Assembly (NCBI RefSeq): GCF_040830605.1
Contig: NZ_JBFOMD010000004.1
Location: 58,928-122,927, forward strand
Reading direction: 5' to 3'
DNA: 64,000 nucleotides
Origin: Ruegeria sp.
GTDB taxonomy: Bacteria > Pseudomonadota > Alphaproteobacteria > Rhodobacterales > Rhodobacteraceae
The position numbers and the translations under genes are program-made. The notes under the pieces were generated by a model. It was not told where the DNA came from, searched no databases, and was given only the letters and a program-made list of their open reading frames with translations. How positions within the stretch are numbered: position 1 is the stretch's first letter; every line of letters starts with the position of its first letter. Below, piece by piece: positions 58,870 to 64,000 of this stretch.

Positions 58870-59469
58870 TCAAATTAGCAACACTTGCGTTCCCACCTTT
58901 GCCATACCGAAAAGCTCGGCAATGTGCTCGTTATAGAGTCCGATACAACCATTCGACGAACGGCGCCCGATCTTGCGGGTGTCATGGGTGCCGTGGATAC
59001 GGTAATACTTCCAGCTCAGATACAGCGCGTGGGTACCAAGCGGGTTATCGGGGCCGGGCGGCACATAGTCCGGCCATTCCGGGTTGCGCTTTTTCATGGA
59101 CGGTGTGGGCGACCAGCTCGGCCCCTCGACCTTGCGGATCACACTGGTGCGTCCGCGGCGTGTCAACTCGTCCGTCAGCGGAACCGAGGATGGGTAGAGT
59201 TTGTAGACAGATTGATCCGCAGACCAGTAATGCAGCGCCCGCGAGACTGTATCGACCAGAATCGCGCCGTTTTTGGTGTTCGAGAAATACGGCCGCCAGT
59301 CAAGCGCCCGGAAACTTGAGATGTTGCGGCGGACCGCCGGTTCAGCCTCGGGCGCGGGGCGCAGCGGGTCGCCGGGGATATATTGTGCAACGGCCGGCGT
59401 GGCCAATGTGGCGGCAGCGCCGGTCAGAAAACTGCGGCGCGTGGCGGATTGAGTGTGTTTCTTGACCAT
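58870..59469 (-). CDS. L,D-transpeptidase (Tat-exported)
   Basis: TRRSFL Tat motif, PGPDNPLG, YRIHGT...SSNGCIG. Confidence 0.9.
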   Translation of the reverse strand: MVKKHTQSATRRSFLTGAAATLATPAVAQYIPGDPLRPAPEAEPAVRRNISSFRALDWRPYFSNTKNGAILVDTVSRALHYWSADQSVYKLYPSSVPLTDELTRRGRTSVIRKVEGPSWSPTPSMKKRNPEWPDYVPPGPDNPLGTHALYLSWKYYRIHGTHDTRKIGRRSSNGCIGLYNEHIAELFGMAKVGTQVLLI

Positions 59470-59640
59470 GTGGGCGGACCTTTTATGTGTTCACTCATGG
59501 AAATCTTCGGCAGTTTATTGCCAGAAAGCCGCAGTCGCAAATCAAACTGGCCGATTCCGGCGGTTCGTGGCATTTGGGCATTTGCTCATGCGGACACACC
59601 ACGCTATTCCCCTGTGCGATACAAACGGACCAGGCTGATC

Positions 59641-60168
59641 ATGGCGCGTATTCTTTCGTTGTTACTCATTTGTTTTGTCGGTCTTGCGGCATGTACCGTA
59701 CCGAATAACACCCAGACGCTGGGTGCGGATGGCAAACCTTTGCCGACGCCTTACAAGATTCGCGGCAACTCGGACAAACTGCAGTTCCGGATGCTTGATT
59801 CGGTCAATGCGCTGCGTCAGGCCTCGGGTTTGCAGCCCGTTCAGCTGGATGCGCGGCTGAATGCGGCAGCGGCAACCCATGCCCGGGACATGTCGGTGCA
59901 GAACCGGCCCTGGCATTTCGGCTCCGACGGTTCGTCGCCGTTGGATCGGGTCAGACGGGCCGGATACACCGGCACGCTGGTCGGAGAGGCGATCTCGGAA
60001 ACCTACGAAACCGAGCTTGAGACACTGGCCGCGTGGATGGATTCTCCGGGCCCGCGCTCGGTGATCATGGATCCCAAGGCGAACCAGATGGGTTTCTCGT
60101 GGTTTCAGGAAAACAGCGGCAAGATCTGGTGGACGCTCGAGATGGGTAGCGGCGGCTTCAGCAGTTGA
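59641..60168 (+). CDS. CAP/SCP-domain lipoprotein
   Basis: Lipobox LAAC, VNALR, HARDM, HFGSDGSSP..R, WMDSPG. Confidence 0.85.
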   Translation: MARILSLLLICFVGLAACTVPNNTQTLGADGKPLPTPYKIRGNSDKLQFRMLDSVNALRQASGLQPVQLDARLNAAAATHARDMSVQNRPWHFGSDGSSPLDRVRRAGYTGTLVGEAISETYETELETLAAWMDSPGPRSVIMDPKANQMGFSWFQENSGKIWWTLEMGSGGFSS

Positions 60169-60192
60169 TCTGACATCACCCCTACAAAAATC

Positions 60193-60215
60193 AGGCCCCG
60201 ACGGGGCCTTTTTTG
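60193..60215 (+). terminator. Rho-independent terminator
   Basis: AGGCCCCG-A-CGGGGCCT followed by a T run. Confidence 0.75.
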
Positions 60216-60418
60216 TGCGCATGGATTGGGTCGTCTCGGACACATCGCAAGTGGCGGGGGACTCGGCTCAGCGGTCGCTGATGGATTTTGCACCATTGTC
60301 CTCTCAGGACGGCGGTTGGGAAGCCCCGGGCATCCGACGTTCAACCGCAGGCTGATTCGTGGTAAGATGAGCCACTGGCAAAGGTTTGTTACAGCTTGTT
60401 TTAAGGGGGAATGGCGCA

Positions 60419-62317
60419 ATGCTTCTCCTAAGAACGCCTACGAAAATCCTCGCCGTGACACTCGCAAGCTTTGCATTTCAGCATGCGTCGGCGCAGGAGA
60501 GCAACTTTCATACCGACGGACGGACGACGCCCCGGCTGGACGTCATCACGTCCGATCTGATTGACAGCAATGCGGTCACTCTTCCCGCCGCCATGACCGG
60601 CGCGGAAACCTTGGCTGGCATCGATGAAAGCGTCTCGGTGCTGCAATTTCTGGCTGTGAACTCAAAGCGTTACGGGTTGAGTGACACTGCTGCGGAGTTG
60701 CAGCTAACCCGGAAACAGCAATCCCGGTTGGGCAAGCACTATGTCTTCCGGCAATTTCTGGGCGGGCTTGAGGTGGTCACCGGCGAGATCGTCGTGTCGG
60801 TGGGCAATGATGGTGTCGTGACCCGGGTGTCGAACAATATCCACCCCGTGGCGGGCGACGCTGCGGCCGAAAAGACGTCTGAGCCGGCTATCGCCGAGGA
60901 CGCCGCCTATGACGCGGCGTGGCAGGATCTTGGTGTGGTGGATGGAGCCGCCGTGCTGGAGCAGCCTACAATTAGCCTGAAATACCTTCCTTCGGATGGC
61001 GGTTTTCGGCTGGTCTATGAGGCCAATATCGCGGTGAGTGAGCCCTATGGCTACTGGCAGTATCTGATCGACGCCGGGACCGGCGAGGTGATACAGGCGC
61101 GCAATCGGGCAACTGATCTTGGCGACGCGCACAAACGCGCGGCAACCGAAACGACGGCGGATCGGCTGGAACTGTTCCGCGACTACGAGATGCGTGCCTT
61201 GCAGCAGAGATTGTCGGCGATGGAGGCAGCACCGGTGGCGGCAAGTGCAGCAGTGTCGAACGGAAAGGCACAGGTGTTTGACCCTGATCCGATCACCACA
61301 TTACAGGATTCCAGCCTGACCGACACCTCCGACGCGAGCGCGTTTGACGACGCTTACCAGGAACGTGAACTGATGGAATTGACGGAACGCGATGGTGCTT
61401 TCCACCTCGAGGGTCCTTGGGTTCAGGTGGTGGACTGGGACCGGCCGTTTGTCGATCCGACAACGACGCCGGACGGCATTTGGACCGCCCTGCGCGGCGA
61501 TCTCGGGTTCAACGATGCGATGACCTATTATCACATCGACCAGACACAGCGGTATCTGCGGTCGCTGGGCTATATCGATATCGTCGCAAGGCCGATTGAA
61601 GTCGACGCAAACGGTGTCAATGGCGGCGACAACTCCTATCATGTGCCTGATCTGACAACGGGCCGCTCAGGACGGCTTGCCTTCGGTCATGGTTGCGTCG
61701 ACGACAATGAGGACGCCGATGTGATCTGGCATGAATACGGCCACGCCATCCACGCCGATATCGTGGGGTCGAACTGGACCAGTGGTGATACCGGCGCGAT
61801 GGGCGAGGGGTTCGGCGATTACCTGGCCGCATCGCTGAGCCTGCGTGCCACTGGCGGCGCAAACTTTCAGTTGGACCGGGTGTTCAACTGGGATGGCGGC
61901 ACCTGCTGGGCGGGCCGGTCGGTAAACATGACCGGAGCGGTTTATGATCCGGGGCGCACCTATCCCGATCATGTCGGGATTGGCGGCGGCGCGGTGTCGG
62001 ATGAGCTTTGGGGCTCACCGCTCTTCCAGGCTCAACTGGCGCTTGTCGCGGCTGGGAAACCGATGGATGACGCGGATGCAATCATTATCGAAGGCATGTT
62101 TGGCATTTCCTCGGCTGGCGCCCGGATGCCCGATCTCGCCATGCTGACAGTTCTGGCCGCCGAGGCCTTGTTTCCCGGTGACATCCATGCGGGCGTCTTT
62201 CTGGACAGCTTCCAGAGATACAATATCTGTGACCCGAACCAGTCCGGCGCGTGTGTTGCGCCGACATCGGTGGCGGGCGCCGCGGGCGGTGCGGAAACGC
62301 CCGTGTCCAAGAATTGA
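60419..62317 (+). CDS. Secreted zinc metallopeptidase, M36/M4-like, with FTP/PepSY-type propeptide
   Basis: Signal peptide, HYVFRQ..G..V and IDAGTGEVI propeptide motifs, EDADVIWHEYGH (HExxH), MGEGFGD third ligand. Confidence 0.8.
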   Translation: MLLLRTPTKILAVTLASFAFQHASAQESNFHTDGRTTPRLDVITSDLIDSNAVTLPAAMTGAETLAGIDESVSVLQFLAVNSKRYGLSDTAAELQLTRKQQSRLGKHYVFRQFLGGLEVVTGEIVVSVGNDGVVTRVSNNIHPVAGDAAAEKTSEPAIAEDAAYDAAWQDLGVVDGAAVLEQPTISLKYLPSDGGFRLVYEANIAVSEPYGYWQYLIDAGTGEVIQARNRATDLGDAHKRAATETTADRLELFRDYEMRALQQRLSAMEAAPVAASAAVSNGKAQVFDPDPITTLQDSSLTDTSDASAFDDAYQERELMELTERDGAFHLEGPWVQVVDWDRPFVDPTTTPDGIWTALRGDLGFNDAMTYYHIDQTQRYLRSLGYIDIVARPIEVDANGVNGGDNSYHVPDLTTGRSGRLAFGHGCVDDNEDADVIWHEYGHAIHADIVGSNWTSGDTGAMGEGFGDYLAASLSLRATGGANFQLDRVFNWDGGTCWAGRSVNMTGAVYDPGRTYPDHVGIGGGAVSDELWGSPLFQAQLALVAAGKPMDDADAIIIEGMFGISSAGARMPDLAMLTVLAAEALFPGDIHAGVFLDSFQRYNICDPNQSGACVAPTSVAGAAGGAETPVSKN

Positions 62318-62341
62318 TCCGCTAGATCGGAGAGTGTCGAG

Positions 62342-62974
62342 ATGAAAATCCTGCACGCTGCCCTTGTATGCCTTACCGCTCTGCCCTGTATGGTCGCGGC
62401 AGAAACCATCGAAGCGCCCATTCACAGAATATCGGCGCAGGGTGTGCATGACCGGTTGGGAACCCTGTCTGTCAGGCAGGGCACGGGATCGGTCGAGATT
62501 CGCGTGGTGTTGTCCGAGTTCCCGTCCGGCTGGCACGCCATGCATGTGCATCAGAACCCGTCCTGCGAACCGGAGCTTCAGGATGGAGAGTGGGTCGCGG
62601 GCGCCGCTTCCGGCATGCATTTCGACCCGACCGGCGTCATGGCGAACATGCCCGGGATGACCAGCGGCAGTGACGGCATGGACATGGCGGATAGTGAGGG
62701 CGGTATGGAAATGGCACATAACATGGACGGTATGGAAATGCCGGACGACGATCCGCCGCCGCCCGGGCGAAAACCACGACCGCTTGGTGATCTGCCTGCG
62801 GTCTACACAGACGAACATGGCGTGACGGATTCACGGATTCTCAGCTATCGGCTGCAACTGGACCAGTTCCGGGGCCGATCCGTGGTTCTGCACGCTCATC
62901 CGGAAGCCAGCGAAGACTTGCGCTTGCCCAGAGGGGGCGGCGAGAAAATCGCCTGCGCTGTTCTTCCCAATTAG
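62342..62974 (+). CDS. Atypical periplasmic Cu/Zn-SOD-fold protein with Met-rich insertion
   Basis: HAMHVH, HFDP, GDLP, GRSVVLH and GGG..IAC SodC motifs; signal peptide. Confidence 0.8.
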   Translation: MKILHAALVCLTALPCMVAAETIEAPIHRISAQGVHDRLGTLSVRQGTGSVEIRVVLSEFPSGWHAMHVHQNPSCEPELQDGEWVAGAASGMHFDPTGVMANMPGMTSGSDGMDMADSEGGMEMAHNMDGMEMPDDDPPPPGRKPRPLGDLPAVYTDEHGVTDSRILSYRLQLDQFRGRSVVLHAHPEASEDLRLPRGGGEKIACAVLPN

Positions 62975-62986
62975 GGAGTTATTATA

Positions 62987-64000
62987 ATGACGGCCTTGAA
63001 ACCGATCCTCTCAACCGCGCTGGCCACCGTGCTTGTGGTCGCATTGCACCCGAGTGTGGCTCTGTCACATGGCGACGGATATCCCAGTCTTTTCGTGGCC
63101 CAAGGGGGTGTTGACGAAGGCAAATGCATCAACCCCGAGAAACCTTGCGGCACCATTTCCTATGCCCTGTCGAAGGCCGAAAAAGGTGACGAGATCCGTG
63201 TGGCGCATGGTATGTTCCGCTTTCCGACCGAGCGGCGCGAAGAGGCGCTGAAACTTCTCGGCAGCGTCATCCGCATTCGCGGCGGGTTCGATCCCGAGCA
63301 GAAATTCGAGAACCGGACGAACGATCACCGGGTCACGGTTCTGGTCGGCCCCGACACTGCGTACCGGTCGCGGCTGGCCGAGAACGGGTTCCTTCTGGTG
63401 CCGGACGATCCGTCCGAACTGGCGCAGGGCGAGATCATACTGGCGCAGGCCGAACAGCCGGGTGAGCAGACCGGCTATGTCTCGGAAGGGGGTGCAGATA
63501 CCGGTGACTGTACGAACCCCGACGATCCGTGCCAGACGATTGCCTATGCCGTGTCACAAGCGGCGGAAGGTCAGGAGATTCGGGTCAGCGAAGGTTATTT
63601 CGACCTGGATTCCGAGACCTTGGCGCAGGCAAACGAGCGGCAGGTGCAGATCGCGGGCGGTTTCGCGCGGGCCAGCAACTTTGCCGCAACAGCTGCTGCG
63701 CCCAATGTGGCGGCGCTGGCAACCGTTGTCACCGGCCCTTCGGTCTCGGATCGGGCCGCGCTTGCCGGCAGCGGTATCCGGCTGCAGCAGGACCGCAAAC
63801 ACCGGACCATTTCGCCTGCGGCGCGTGACGCCGCCCTCAAGGGGCCGGCAGCGTGCGAAGCCGGCATGGCGGACGGTCACCCTTGCAAGGGCATCAACCG
63901 CATCGCCCAGATGCCGCTGGGCGCGTTTTCATCCAGCCCCGGCGAAGCGAATGACATCTGGGGATTTGTCGATCTGAACGACAATCGGGAATATGCGATC
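62987..64000 (+). CDS. Choice-of-anchor B family secreted protein (partial, runs off the window; not in the ORF track)
   Basis: GGGAG RBS, signal peptide MTALKPILSTALATVLVVALHPSVALS, two C-x6-C-xTIxYA modules, then CEAGMADGHPCKGI...ANDIWGFVDLNDNREYAI. Confidence 0.75.
   Translation, partial: MTALKPILSTALATVLVVALHPSVALSHGDGYPSLFVAQGGVDEGKCINPEKPCGTISYALSKAEKGDEIRVAHGMFRFPTERREEALKLLGSVIRIRGGFDPEQKFENRTNDHRVTVLVGPDTAYRSRLAENGFLLVPDDPSELAQGEIILAQAEQPGEQTGYVSEGGADTGDCTNPDDPCQTIAYAVSQAAEGQEIRVSEGYFDLDSETLAQANERQVQIAGGFARASNFAATAAAPNVAALATVVTGPSVSDRAALAGSGIRLQQDRKHRTISPAARDAALKGPAACEAGMADGHPCKGINRIAQMPLGAFSSSPGEANDIWGFVDLNDNREYAI

Noticed and set aside
60290-60350. CTCTCAGG and a GCGGTTG/CAACCGC stem suggesting a glycine riboswitch
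   Set aside because: The GGAGA and CCGAAG elements of the aptamer are missing, and the downstream gene is unrelated to glycine.
60169-60418. Integration site or mobile-element end at the left edge of the accessory operon
   Set aside because: No tRNA, att-like direct repeat, terminal inverted repeat or integrase is visible within the window.

Overview
GC-rich alphaproteobacterial chromosome segment, most consistent with a marine Rhodobacteraceae/Roseobacter-group organism (inference from gene content, order and protein style). Most of it is core housekeeping: ilvA, an Hpt/REC-PP2C pair, hslO, CCA-adding enzyme, a tandem ABC exporter pair, a voltage-gated Na+ channel, a surface-glycan locus (two GT2s, a GT14-like enzyme, a sulfotransferase, galE, kdsB, cysQ, a KpsM-like permease), alkB, dnaKJ, radC, secA, argJ, mutT, rimP-nusA-ylxR-infB, pip, ubiG, grxC, comF and hemH. 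Three accessory-looking blocks sit in it: a TPP-riboswitch thiamine operon without thiC between dnaJ and radC; an ECF sigma/anti-sigma pair with a divergent YceI-cytochrome c fusion; and, at the right end, a secreted metallopeptidase, an atypical Met-rich SodC and a choice-of-anchor-B protein that runs off the window and is missing from the ORF track. No rRNA, tRNA, CRISPR, integrase or transposase was found. The strongest leads are the Zn-site-deficient, Met-rich SodC and its operon; a 60-aa protein beside an L,D-transpeptidase that may tether membrane to peptidoglycan; an aromatic-rich leader peptide upstream of the ABC exporter; an ECF sigma gene that can only be full length with a non-canonical (ATT) start; and three adjacent 20-bp palindromes that covary. 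All calls come from motif recognition by eye; no database searches were run.
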